Source: Candidatus Heimdallarchaeum endolithica (lineage in GTDB: Archaea > Asgardarchaeota > Heimdallarchaeia > Heimdallarchaeales > Heimdallarchaeaceae). Taken from it: a stretch of DNA of 64,000 bases. Every line of letters starts with the position of its first letter. The stretch's first letter is position 1. The DNA lies in NCBI GenBank assembly GCA_021513715.1, contig CP084167.1, positions 2,912,001 to 2,976,000 of the forward strand. Reading direction: 5' to 3'. The position numbers and the translations under genes are program-made. Below are positions 52,524 to 62,915 of the stretch, piece after piece. The notes under the pieces are model-generated. The model worked only from the letters and a program-made list of their open reading frames with translations, made no database searches and was not told where the DNA came from.

Positions 52524-54026
52524 TTATTTAGTGTTCATTATTTTTCGTAGTTCGTTCTCAATCCCTTCAACTGAAAGCAATGTTTGTTCTCCTGTTTCCA
52601 AGTTTCGTATTGTTACTTTATTTTGTTCCAGTTCTCTTTTTCCTACTATTATCATGTATTTAATTTTTCTAGTTGCAGCGTCTTCTAACTGATTAGTTAG
52701 TTTCCACCCAAAAGGATTAAACAAAATCTTAAACTCTTTTCTTAATCTTGTAGCTATATCTGTTGCTTCTTTTATAACTTTCTTATTTACAGGAGCAACA
52801 TAAAAATCTACTTTCTGAAAATATGGGGGTAATCTTCCTAAATCCTCTAAAATAGCCATTAATACAGTTTCTCCCATGCCTATTCCTGTTGCAGGTATCT
52901 TTTCTCCACCAAAACTTGAAACTAGTTGATCATATCTTCCTCCACCAGCTATAGCTCTTACTACTGAACCTGTACGATCAAAGAATTCGTAGACAATTCC
53001 TGTATAATAATCTAAACCTCGAGCTATTGAAGCATTGTATTCACAATTATTAATAACTCCAAAATAGTCTAAATAAGTAGCTAATTCTCTCAATTTATCA
53101 AGGGCTAAAGTAGCTTTTTCTCCTAAATCCAATTTTGATATTTTTTCAAGAAAAAGAGAGGGTTCTCCTTTAATTTTGGAAAAAAAGTATACTTTCTCTG
53201 CTTTATCCTTATCTAAACCTATTTTTATGAGAGTATCAATGATTTTTTGTTTTTCTATTTCAGGAACAAGTTCATAATAATAATCTATATACTCCTTATC
53301 TTTATTAGATAAGTTAGGGAATTCTTTTTCTTGTTTCTGTTTTTTTAATCTAACAAAAGTAGCTATTTCTTTAGCTTTAGAAACAGTAATCCTCTTTTCT
53401 AAAAGGTCTTCAACAATAAAATCTTGGATATATTTTTCTTTTGAATCTAAAACTTTGATTACATCAAGGTAATTTTCGATTCCCAAGTATTCAATATAAT
53501 TTTGAACTAACTCTCTACTGTTTATTACACAAATAAATTCTCCATCTTTTAATCCACTAGTTTTAATAATATTACATGTTAGTGCAATAATTTCTGCATC
53601 AGCTGCAGGATGATTAACACCAATGATATCTGCATTAAATTGAAAAAATTCTCTTACTCTTCCTTTTTGAGGAGTTTCATTCCTAAAAATTCTAGGTATT
53701 GAAAACCATCGAATAGGTTTAGGATAACGTTGTTGCTCATTTACAATCATTCTGGCTAAAGTAGGTGTTTGCTCTGGACGAAGAACGAGTTTTCTATCAT
53801 CTTTACCTTTAACAATAAAGGTTTCTTCCAGAATCTCCTCACCCGATTTAATTTCAATTAATTTTGCATACTCTAACGAAGGACCTTCATACTCCTCATA
53901 ACCAAAGCTCTCTGAGACATTTCTCATGATTCCTAAAATGTAATTTACCTTAGAAAAATCTGAAGGATAGTAATCTCGAAAACCTTTAATCCCTTTTAGT
54001 ATCTCCTTAAGTACTCCGTCATCCAT
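52524..54026 (-). CDS. hisS: Histidine--tRNA ligase
   Basis: KGFRDY, LRPEQT, RNETPQKGRVREFFQ, RGLDYYTG, GGGRYD. Confidence 0.96.
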   Translation of the reverse strand: MDDGVLKEILKGIKGFRDYYPSDFSKVNYILGIMRNVSESFGYEEYEGPSLEYAKLIEIKSGEEILEETFIVKGKDDRKLVLRPEQTPTLARMIVNEQQRYPKPIRWFSIPRIFRNETPQKGRVREFFQFNADIIGVNHPAADAEIIALTCNIIKTSGLKDGEFICVINSRELVQNYIEYLGIENYLDVIKVLDSKEKYIQDFIVEDLLEKRITVSKAKEIATFVRLKKQKQEKEFPNLSNKDKEYIDYYYELVPEIEKQKIIDTLIKIGLDKDKAEKVYFFSKIKGEPSLFLEKISKLDLGEKATLALDKLRELATYLDYFGVINNCEYNASIARGLDYYTGIVYEFFDRTGSVVRAIAGGGRYDQLVSSFGGEKIPATGIGMGETVLMAILEDLGRLPPYFQKVDFYVAPVNKKVIKEATDIATRLRKEFKILFNPFGWKLTNQLEDAATRKIKYMIIVGKRELEQNKVTIRNLETGEQTLLSVEGIENELRKIMNTK

Positions 54027-54139
54027 TTAATTTCAAAGACAATTTCCAGAGGAGTTTAAATAATTTAGCTTCTGTAAGATATTCCTTGATGATTTTCAAT
54101 AAAAAGGAGATTGAAAGAACAGATGTTGATTAAAGTGGT

Positions 54140-55114
54140 CTATTCATCTTGAAAATCTCTTATTAGGGAAATTTCAAAGAGAGGAGTGGATTTTACTGAC
54201 CAGAAGACTTGCTTATCAATTATATTGTTTAAAAGATATCTTGAAATTTCAGTTTCAGTTAAACTTCTTTCTGTTTTATTGATGCCCTGTAGATCTTTAA
54301 CAAATTCTAACAAGAGTTTTGTTAATAGATTTGTAGATCTTATTTGTTCCATTCTGGTAGTGACAAGCCAACATGAAACAGAATCATCAGCAGCCATTAT
54401 AAACTGGCGATCTCTATATTTCAAAATCTCAATTATTGGAAATTGACTGGAAGAAAATTTACATTGGATAACAGGTGATAAAACATCAGAATTTAAATGA
54501 GATTGGGGAGTAGTTAGTCTCATCTCATAAACTCCATTACTAGTTTTTATGTACGAAATAAACATTTCCACTGTGATTTTGTCTACTATTAACTGCTGAA
54601 TAATACTTGAAGCTAACCAATTAACTGTTTGATCAAAATTTTTTCCAGAACTAAATGAGGTACTTAAATAATTAATGTTTCTTTTTCTTATTCCATTAGA
54701 AAATCTCTTTATTATAGACTTAACTTCAGAACTAGAAAATTTTTCATCTCTCATGTTGAATAAAACTAAAACGGGATTCTCCTCCTTTAGCCAATTTAAA
54801 GAACGAGATAACCATTTTTTTGATTCAGTTAATTGTTCTCTTTTGGTAATATCAGTAACATAAATAAGAGCGTCAGAGCGAGAAATAAAACTTTTCCACA
54901 GAGTTTTCCTAAAAGAAGGGAGACCTCCTAAATCAGTAATACCTAATATTATTCCGTCAGCATTGTACAACTCGTGGTTTACTCCCATAGTAGAAAAAAC
55001 TTGGGAGGGGGAATAACCTAATAGACGATTGATGAAGTAAGTTTTGCCAGAATCTTCTAGTCCAGCAACTGTAACAGAAATATCACGTTTTAAATAAGAA
55101 TAATCAGGTGACAC
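54140..55114 (-). CDS. Arf/Sar-like small GTPase fused to a C-terminal domain
   Basis: GLEDSGKT (G1), STMG (G2), DLGG (G3), W..F...ALIYVTD, NMRD (variant G4), TS...GKNF...VNWL. Confidence 0.8.
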   Translation of the reverse strand: MSPDYSYLKRDISVTVAGLEDSGKTYFINRLLGYSPSQVFSTMGVNHELYNADGIILGITDLGGLPSFRKTLWKSFISRSDALIYVTDITKREQLTESKKWLSRSLNWLKEENPVLVLFNMRDEKFSSSEVKSIIKRFSNGIRKRNINYLSTSFSSGKNFDQTVNWLASSIIQQLIVDKITVEMFISYIKTSNGVYEMRLTTPQSHLNSDVLSPVIQCKFSSSQFPIIEILKYRDRQFIMAADDSVSCWLVTTRMEQIRSTNLLTKLLLEFVKDLQGINKTERSLTETEISRYLLNNIIDKQVFWSVKSTPLFEISLIRDFQDE

Positions 55115-55620
55115 ATCTAATCCCCATCTATTTGAACCCCGAAACGATCTTCAAGTAAATGGATAAGATAAATCGAATATTAAGAAGACAATCTTCTTGT
55201 TTAATATTCAAATTTATTTTATTTGTTTATTTATTTATTTTACATGAAGATTTTATTAAGCTAATAATAGCAATAGAGATATATAATAATATCGTTTCTA
55301 CTTGGAATAAGATAAATAAAAAAAAAGAATTCTGAAGTGAAAGTTGTGAAATTAAAAATAAAAAATCACAAAAAAAGGACTGTTTTATACAAAAAAGAAA
55401 AAAAGAGTATAAGAACATTAGGATAAACTTTAAGGAATGTTACTTAAAAAGAGTAGATGAGACACATGAAATAATTTTTTACGTAAATTTTGAGACAATG
55501 GTATGTTAGATAGACAGAAGGAATGAAAAGAATTCAATGAAAAAGAAAGCACAGACTCAAAACAATAAACATGACACAATTTTTTTGTAGCCGTTATATA
55601 TTCAATTCTCATTTATTATT

Positions 55621-55828
55621 TGTCTTGAGCTATATGCTTTAAGACGTAGGTTTCATTCTTACGACACCCGGGCTTCCCATTGGGAACTATGAGTGCCGGG
55701 ATCAGGAGATGAACCCTTTAGAGAACCATAGTAGACTGTGTCTCTTGTTCTCTTAAACCAGTCTTAACAAATAGTGTTTTATCTGGTTGGGTAGAGTCCT
55801 GAAGAAATTAAGTAAAATCTCAACTCAT
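55621..55828 (+). ncRNA. Putative structured ncRNA cassette, copy B (omega/reRNA-like)
   Basis: Homologous to 10001-10219 (reverse strand); GTTATATA box at ~55593-55600; conserved stems; ends ...CAACTCAT. Confidence 0.65.
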
Positions 55829-55929
55829 AAATAGAAAGTAATGCTTATAAATGCGTCTGGTTTTCGTTGTTATAGTTAGTATAAGGAAATTATTGTTCAA
55901 AGTGAACAAAAGGAAAAAGGTGAAATTAT

Positions 55930-56937
55930 TTGAGTTTAAAGGGATATATACTCAGACGAACAATCTACATAGTTCCAATTATGCTTGCAATCACACTAAT
56001 GAACTTTACACTGATTAACGTCAGTCCTGGAGATCCTGTTTTAGTAAGATTAGGATTGATTAAATGTGAAACACCGGAGTGCTATAACGCGGCGTACAAC
56101 AAAGAAGCAATAGAAATGGGACTGCTAGATAATAATTTATACACTGTTCCTTGGTTTGAAAGATATATAGATTTCGTAAATGATCTATTGCATTTCGACC
56201 TAGGAAAAAGCTGGTCTTATACCCAAGCAGGAGAAGGAATACCAATATCAAAAATAATTGGAGACCATGCAGTATATACGGTGGTACTAAACTTACTATC
56301 GTTTGTTTTATCACTGCTATTGTCGACAGCAATAGGGGTAGTATCAGCAACAAGACAAAATAGCTTCTGGGATAGAACATTAACAGTAGCAATGCTATTA
56401 GGATATTCTATGCCATTGTTCTGGCTAGCAAAATTGTTAATGCTAGTATCTTATTATTTATTTAACTTCACAGGAGTAGCAAATAAGTCAGCATTTAATA
56501 AACCGCTAATACTGAACCCGATGTTCTATAAATTTCTAATATTGCCAACACTGTCACTCACACTGGGAGGACTGGTGTTCATGGCAAGGCTAATAAGATC
56601 TCAACTGTTGGAAATATTAAGACAAGATTATATTACAACAGCAAAATCTAAAGGACTTGATAGAAGGGCAGTAATATACAAACATGCGTTCAGAAACGGG
56701 TTACTACCAATAGTAACAATTATAGGAAATTCACTACCAGGATTACTATCAGGGTCAGTAATGGTAGAGTCAGTGTTCGGATGGCCAGGACTAGGAACAA
56801 TATTCCTAGAAGCAGCATTCATGAGAGATTATCCGATGATGATGGCAACTAATACTATATTCCCATTCCTGTTCCTAATAGCAAGATTGCTGACAGATAT
56901 AACTTACGTCTTTATAGACCCGAGAATAAAATATTAA
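55930..56937 (+). CDS. dppB: Peptide/nickel ABC transporter permease (DppB/OppB family)
   Basis: PGDP, DLGKS, PLFWL, QDYITTAKSKGL (EAA loop), ESVFGWPGLG, DPR. Confidence 0.9.
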   Translation: MSLKGYILRRTIYIVPIMLAITLMNFTLINVSPGDPVLVRLGLIKCETPECYNAAYNKEAIEMGLLDNNLYTVPWFERYIDFVNDLLHFDLGKSWSYTQAGEGIPISKIIGDHAVYTVVLNLLSFVLSLLLSTAIGVVSATRQNSFWDRTLTVAMLLGYSMPLFWLAKLLMLVSYYLFNFTGVANKSAFNKPLILNPMFYKFLILPTLSLTLGGLVFMARLIRSQLLEILRQDYITTAKSKGLDRRAVIYKHAFRNGLLPIVTIIGNSLPGLLSGSVMVESVFGWPGLGTIFLEAAFMRDYPMMMATNTIFPFLFLIARLLTDITYVFIDPRIKY

Positions 56938-56959
56938 AAAAAGAGGAGAGTAAAGAAAA

Positions 56960-58027
56960 ATGGCAACAGTTGATAAAGATAAAAAAGCAGTAGAAGAGGA
57001 AGGACCAATCCTAGATGAAACAACTCTAAAAGAAATAGAAAGTATGAAAGGAGCAGGACAATGGTCTATTGTATGGAGAAGATTGAAAAAGGATACAATG
57101 GGAATGGTAGGATTATACATCGTAACATTCCTAATATTGATGGCAATAGTGTCATGGTTCTTATTAATGTACGATAAGTGGTTGTTCAACAATGTAGCAC
57201 TAACAAGAGATCCAGATAATCCATACTCACTAGCAAACCTGTACGTGGACTTCTGGTTACCAGGAATGAAACAATCAATAATACTGTTCCAACACCCAGA
57301 ATGGCAGTTCGCAGACCAAGTAAAATTGCCTCCAAGCCTACAACACCCATTCGGAACAGATAAAAACGGAAGAGATATGTTCTCAAGAGTGTTCTTCGGA
57401 GCAACAATATCAATGGCGCTAGGGTTCATTGGTCAAATGACAACAGTAATAATAGGAACAATACTAGGATCACTATCTGGATATTATGGTGGATTATTCG
57501 ATGATTTACTACAAAGAATAGTAGAATTACTATACTCAATGCCAGGATTTATATTACTAGTGTTCGTAATAGTGCTATTCGAAAATACAAATATACCAGG
57601 AGGAAGATACGCAGTAGTAGTAATATTCTTCTCACTAATAAGCTGGGGAGGAACAGCACTAATAGTAAGATCAAACTTCTTCTCGCTAAAACAACAAGAC
57701 TTCGTAGAGGCAGAAAAAGCACTAGGAGCAGCAGACATGAGAATAATATTCAGACATATATTGCCAAACTCACTAGCACCACTGATAATTATAATAACGC
57801 TAGGAATAGCAGGAACAATATTCACATTCGCAGCACTAGCATTCTACGGATTCGGAGACCCAAACGTAGTAAGCTGGGGCGATGATTTGAATAGATGGCA
57901 AAATGATCTCATGACATATCCGTGGATGCCCATGTTTCCTGCACTCATGATCTTTTTCACTGTTTTGGGTTTCAATCTTTTGGGTGATGCTCTTCGTGAT
58001 GCTCTTGATCCTCGTTTGAAGGATTAG
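56960..58027 (+). CDS. dppC: Peptide/nickel ABC transporter permease (DppC/OppC family)
   Basis: HPFGTD..GRD, FVEAEKALGA, RHILPN, GDALRDALDPR. Confidence 0.92.
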   Translation: MATVDKDKKAVEEEGPILDETTLKEIESMKGAGQWSIVWRRLKKDTMGMVGLYIVTFLILMAIVSWFLLMYDKWLFNNVALTRDPDNPYSLANLYVDFWLPGMKQSIILFQHPEWQFADQVKLPPSLQHPFGTDKNGRDMFSRVFFGATISMALGFIGQMTTVIIGTILGSLSGYYGGLFDDLLQRIVELLYSMPGFILLVFVIVLFENTNIPGGRYAVVVIFFSLISWGGTALIVRSNFFSLKQQDFVEAEKALGAADMRIIFRHILPNSLAPLIIIITLGIAGTIFTFAALAFYGFGDPNVVSWGDDLNRWQNDLMTYPWMPMFPALMIFFTVLGFNLLGDALRDALDPRLKD

Positions 58028-58144
58028 TTTTTTTCTTTTTTCTTTTAATTCTTTCTTTACCTAGTTTGATTTTTTTGATTTATTTTTCTAATAAATCATT
58101 TTGCCATCTTTCTTGAAAAATCATCGCCTCAGCTTTCTTATTTC

Positions 58145-58177
58145 TTTTCACTCCCTTGTGGAGTGAAAATTTTTTTA
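58145..58177 (+). terminator. Hairpin plus T-tract downstream of dppC
   Basis: TTTTCACTCC-cttgt-GGAGTGAAAA perfect 10-bp stem followed by a T-run. Confidence 0.5.
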
Positions 58178-58813
58178 TCTTTCACTTTTTTTCTTTCTTT
58201 TTCCTTTTTCTTTTTTTTACTTACTTTTTTTTTGATTTTTCGTCTTTTGTTTTTTCTTTTTGTTGTCCATCAGAATATAACAGATTTGTTTTTTTCTTTA
58301 AAAACGATTCTTTTTACATAAAAGCTGACTCAGTTAAATACCAGATATGTTAAGTTCATTTTCCTTCTTATTTGAATATGCTATTTGATTTAGATCTCGA
58401 ATATATAATGAAGTTAACTTATATAGACTCTGAAAAAGGAGAAACAGTCATTACTCTTTAAGAATAGTTTATTTTTATATTTATTCAATAATCACTATAT
58501 GGATATACAATTGCTTATAGTCTTAAAAGACACATAAAAGCAATCGAAGATATAAAAGAATTTCTGAAATTAAAGACTAAAATGGAAAAGGCAGTAGAAG
58601 ACTTTGATGAACTGATGGGTTTATTAAAATATTACGGAATTTGAAATCTTAATAATTTATAAAGCGAGTTTATTACCTATCTTTGTACACCTTGGATTAA
58701 TCATGGTTCAATGCATCAAGCATAGTAAACTTTGTCTAGTACTGTAATTCTTCCTAACCTCTGACCTATAGACGAACAATGTGTTTCCTATTTTATTTTT
58801 CACACTATCAAAT

Positions 58814-60847
58814 TTACCTATTTCTATCTAACAACAAAAATTCGAATTCTTCGATAAATTCTCCAAATCCAATTATTCTTAAAGCTTCTCTCGCATTTCT
58901 AATCTCTATCTTATCGTCAGTTGATATGACGTGTTCCATTATTTTTTCACATGCTCTTACATTACCTATTTTACCTAATGCTTTTCCTGCTCTTTTACGG
59001 ATTTCTGAATCCTCATCATATAGCACTATATCAACAAATTTGTCTATTGCAATTGAATCATATATTTGAACCAATAAATTTAAAGCTCTTGCGCGCATTT
59101 CTGGATCCTTATCGTAGAGTGTTAATTCTGCTAATCGTTCAGCTGTACTATCTTCACATCGTACGCCGAAATCTGATGAATCACTTTCCCCTTCTTTTCC
59201 ATATTTTTCTTCTATGTCTGGATAGATGGTTGTAATATCAAATATAGGATTAGATATTTCCCCTAAAACAGCAGTAGCTTTACTTCTAACTTCCGGATCC
59301 TTGTCATATAACCCTAATTCAATTAATTTTTCAGCAGCACTTGTATCACCTATTTTTATCAGTGCAGTGATAGCATTATTATATACATTAAAATTTTTTT
59401 CATATAATGTTGTATGAACTAAAGCGTCTACAGCTCGAGGGTCACCTATTTTACCCAAAGCTTCAGCAACATAAAGACGAACATGATCAAACTCATCTTT
59501 TAATAAAGGAATTAAAGGCTTGACAGCCCGAGAATCACCTAGGTTACCTAACAATTCAGCAGCAAGAGAACGAACACCAGGAGATTGGTCTTTCAAGCCT
59601 TCTATTAGGGGTTCAACTAATCTTTTATCACCATATTCAGTCAATATGTCCAGTAAATGATAAAACAGTTCAAAATTATTTTTGTATAGGTAAGTATGAA
59701 CTAAGGGTTTGACAACCCGGGGGTCATCTATTTTACACAACGATTCTGCAGCGATCGCTCGAATCTCACAATTATTGCTGTCATAAAAGTCCTCATTTTC
59801 TAGTATTTCTATTAAGGGAGGGACAGCTCGAGGATCCCCAAGTTCACCTAACAGGAAGACAGCATTGTTGCGCTTAAAAGCAGTCTCCTGTTCGTCTAGA
59901 GCTGTTTCGATTAAGTTGTCAACTGCCCTTTGGTCACCTATTTTGCCCAACGATATGTTTGCAAGACGACGCATATCCTTGTCAGAATCTTCTATGAGCT
60001 CCACTAGTGAGGCAATAGCAGTAGGGCCACCTATCTTAGCCAAAGCATCGGTAACACAACGACGAACATCCCAATCCTTATCTTCTAGGATCTTCACTAG
60101 TGAGGGATTAGCATGAGAGTCTCCTATCTTAGCAAAAACTTCAGCAGCACTACTGCGAACATCCCAATCCTTATCTTTTAGGAGCTCCAATAGTGGAGTA
60201 ATAGCACGAGGGTCACCTATCTTACCCAATGCTTCAGCAACATAACAACGAACAACCCAATGTTTATCTTTTAGGTATTTGATTAATAGCTCAACAGAAC
60301 CAGAATCGACAATTTCTAGAAAATATTTTGTAGAAGTATTAAAAACAAATTTATCTTTATGTTTTAGAGCTTCTATTAGAATGGGTATGGCACGAGAGTC
60401 ACCCATTTTTCCCAGTGAATTTACAATTTGACGAAGAACAATCTCACTATCTTCACCTTTGAAGGTGAAAATTAAAGGTTCAACAGCTTGTTGGTCACCT
60501 ATTATACCTAATATCTCAACAATGGCTGCACGAACATCGGGATCTTGGTCATGCAAAGCTTTAACTAAAGAAAGAATTAATTCTTCATCTGCACTTGTAG
60601 ACAAGACCTTGGACGTTATTTTAATAACTTTCTCTTTTTTATAATCTTTAGCAAAATAATCAGATCTTCGATTATCTACTATTTCAGATAATAATTCCAG
60701 AAAACTACTGTAATAAGGCCAAATATACAATTGCTTATTGATTTTATTTAATATACAAGACCAATCAATAGTTGAAAAATATTTTTCGAGCTTAGAAAGT
60801 TTACCCAAGCTATTTAACCTTTCCAGATAAAAGAAATCATCAGACAC
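58814..60847 (-). CDS. HEAT-repeat (PBS lyase-like) protein
   Basis: Many ~31-aa repeats VR..AAEALGKIGD.RA..PL...L.D. Confidence 0.9.
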   Translation of the reverse strand: MSDDFFYLERLNSLGKLSKLEKYFSTIDWSCILNKINKQLYIWPYYSSFLELLSEIVDNRRSDYFAKDYKKEKVIKITSKVLSTSADEELILSLVKALHDQDPDVRAAIVEILGIIGDQQAVEPLIFTFKGEDSEIVLRQIVNSLGKMGDSRAIPILIEALKHKDKFVFNTSTKYFLEIVDSGSVELLIKYLKDKHWVVRCYVAEALGKIGDPRAITPLLELLKDKDWDVRSSAAEVFAKIGDSHANPSLVKILEDKDWDVRRCVTDALAKIGGPTAIASLVELIEDSDKDMRRLANISLGKIGDQRAVDNLIETALDEQETAFKRNNAVFLLGELGDPRAVPPLIEILENEDFYDSNNCEIRAIAAESLCKIDDPRVVKPLVHTYLYKNNFELFYHLLDILTEYGDKRLVEPLIEGLKDQSPGVRSLAAELLGNLGDSRAVKPLIPLLKDEFDHVRLYVAEALGKIGDPRAVDALVHTTLYEKNFNVYNNAITALIKIGDTSAAEKLIELGLYDKDPEVRSKATAVLGEISNPIFDITTIYPDIEEKYGKEGESDSSDFGVRCEDSTAERLAELTLYDKDPEMRARALNLLVQIYDSIAIDKFVDIVLYDEDSEIRKRAGKALGKIGNVRACEKIMEHVISTDDKIEIRNAREALRIIGFGEFIEEFEFLLLDRNR

Positions 60848-61389
60848 GTTTATCTAGAGAAAATAAGTTTTATAATTTTTAACTATTTCCAAATAAATTG
60901 CAGTAAAAAAATAATACCGAAGAATAAGAAAAAATCACTCTTTTTTTTATCACTTGTAATTTTATTTATAACACTGTTACTTGTTTTACACTTTTTTGAG
61001 AATAAAATGGTATATGCAAATGTTTTTCGTTATAAAAGGGGAATAGTTTTTTTTGTTTATCTGTAGTTTCCTTTCAAAGTAATCAGGATGCTGCGGTGAA
61101 AACACCTTACCATTCCTCCTCAATTACCTGAATTCCTTGTTGTAGTCTCTTTTTTCCTTCTTTCTTTCCTTTCCCCTTTAAAAAAGACTCTCATCCATTT
61201 TTTTCTTACTTACTTTTTTCTTTTTCATAATTCTTGTTTATTGAGTGTTCTATTCCAAACAATTTCTTTCTTTTTTGAACTGATGTTATCGTATATAAAG
61301 ACCTCATCTATATGAAAAAGCTTATACGGAAGGCAGAAAAGCAGCATAATTATTATAAATGTCTGTGAGAAAATAATTAAGCTCAACTA

Positions 61390-62049
61390 GTGGAAAATGT
61401 AACAAGGGAGATAAAAATCATGCCTAAATTACTGGGAAAATTATTAATACTAATATTACTGCTTCCAATACTTATTTTTCATTGTGTGTTATCAATTAAA
61501 GGGTCTCAACCTGTTCTTTTTTCTAGAATTTCTGAGATTACTGAAATCACAATTTCCGAATCTACTGATAACCCTTTATTTGAAAATTATACTGCTTTTA
61601 AAATCGAAGCTGAAGTCGAGATCTTAAATAGAGCTGATGAAAATCAAACTGTTATTTCTCCTGATCTTAAACTTATGATTAATGCAACCTTGTTTAATCA
61701 ATCATTGAAATTGGTAGTGGAAGCAATGGGTTCTTGTATGGTTACTTACGATACCTATTCTCCTGGTATCACTATTGAAAATCACTTTCTTAAATTCTAT
61801 ATTAATCAAACGGATTTAACTTATCTCCCTGATGGTAATTATACTCTCTGGAGACCTATTAATGAGGGAGAAGAATTACCTACGATTATTATAATTAAAT
61901 CTGGTATAATGAATATTACTTACAGTAGTTTTGGCAATCAAGAGACTGAAGCGGTGAACTTTTCCCTTCTGTCCCCCTTAATGTTATTCTTTCCACTCTT
62001 TTCATATATGATTGTTTTTTATAGATGTAAAAAGTCAGAGAGTGCTTAA
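61390..62049 (+). CDS. Secreted / C-terminally anchored hypothetical protein
   Basis: Signal-like N-terminus, beta-rich core, C-terminal TM plus basic tail. Confidence 0.6.
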   Translation: MENVTREIKIMPKLLGKLLILILLLPILIFHCVLSIKGSQPVLFSRISEITEITISESTDNPLFENYTAFKIEAEVEILNRADENQTVISPDLKLMINATLFNQSLKLVVEAMGSCMVTYDTYSPGITIENHFLKFYINQTDLTYLPDGNYTLWRPINEGEELPTIIIIKSGIMNITYSSFGNQETEAVNFSLLSPLMLFFPLFSYMIVFYRCKKSESA

Positions 62050-62130
62050 AAGTTTCTTAGAAAAAAATCTACCATTTTTTGTTAAATTTTTTCCTTTCTC
62101 TTTTCTTTCACTTCTTTTTTCTATCTTTTG

Positions 62131-62364
62131 TTAATACCTTAATCTTTCCCTAGATTTTAAATAAATTTCCATTAATTTTGGTTTTTTTGACGCTCTATCC
62201 ATTAATTCTTCTATTTCTTTTTTTGGTTGTCCTTTTTCTGCTTTAATTCTTGATGTGGTAATGATCACATAAATTAACATCGCAGTAATAGCTAAAAAAC
62301 CTCCAAAAACAATTATACCGAAGGCTACTATAACTGCATTCATCGAATAATAATAGTATTGCAC
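62131..62364 (-). CDS. Small single-TM protein (tandem copy 2)
   Basis: Paralog of 62613-62828 (IYVIITTSRIKA.KGQPKKEIEELMDRA). Confidence 0.6.
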   Translation of the reverse strand: MQYYYYSMNAVIVAFGIIVFGGFLAITAMLIYVIITTSRIKAEKGQPKKEIEELMDRASKKPKLMEIYLKSRERLRY

Positions 62365-62414
62365 AGTTAAATATTTTTGGAAACACGTTGTAATTAATTA
62401 TCTCTTAATTTTTT

Positions 62415-62610
62415 GTTCATATACCTTCATTAGTTCCTTAAAGCTTCTTCTTTTGTAACATCTTTTGGATTTAAGGTAAGTGTTCCATCGTTTATCGCTT
62501 TTTCTGTTATTTTTCTAGTTGTTCTTCTTTTTCTCCCTCCTCTTTCAATGTTTTTGGTAATTTTGTTAATTAACCTTTCTTGAAGTTCTTCTACTTTTTT
62601 TACTGACTTT
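62415..62610 (-). pseudogene. Duplicated, decayed 3' end of the Fe-ADH gene
   Basis: Aligns with ~62920-63120 (AINDG.LTLNPKDVTKEEALR) with indels. Confidence 0.8.
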
Positions 62611-62612
62611 TG

Positions 62613-62828
62613 TTAAAACCATAATCTTCCCTTATACTGTAAATAATTTTCCATTAATTTTGTATTTTTTGCTGCTCTATCCATTAGTTCTTCTATTTCT
62701 TTTTTTGGTTGTCCTTTTATTGCTTTGATTCTAGATGTAGTTATGATTACATAAATTAATATAGATGAAATAGCGACAAAGCCTACAAAAACAATTACTC
62801 CAAATGCTACTATTACTGAGCTCATCAT
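62613..62828 (-). CDS. Small single-TM protein (tandem copy 1)
   Basis: Paralog of 62131-62364. Confidence 0.6.
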   Translation of the reverse strand: MMSSVIVAFGVIVFVGFVAISSILIYVIITTSRIKAIKGQPKKEIEELMDRAAKNTKLMENYLQYKGRLWF

Positions 62829-62915
62829 ATAATAATAGTAATCTAAGCTTAAATACCTTTTTAAAAAAGGTATTAATTATTTATCTATTAATTATTTTAC
62901 TTATTAATTAATATT

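Noticed and set aside
55227-55612. Short minus-strand ORFs (63 and 60 aa)
   Set aside because: Low-complexity products of A-rich intergenic DNA.
58156-58353. 65-aa Phe-rich ORF
   Set aside because: Artefact of T-rich terminator-region sequence.
59430-60560. Recurring ~93-bp DNA repeats (GGTCACCTAT..., CGAACATCCCAATCCTTATC)
   Set aside because: These are coding HEAT repeats, not a CRISPR array; no unique spacers and no cas genes.
61061-61336. Possible IS1634-like MITE (CTGTAGTTTCC ... GGAAGGCAG)
   Set aside because: Terminal match is short and imperfect, with no TSD and no second copy in the window.
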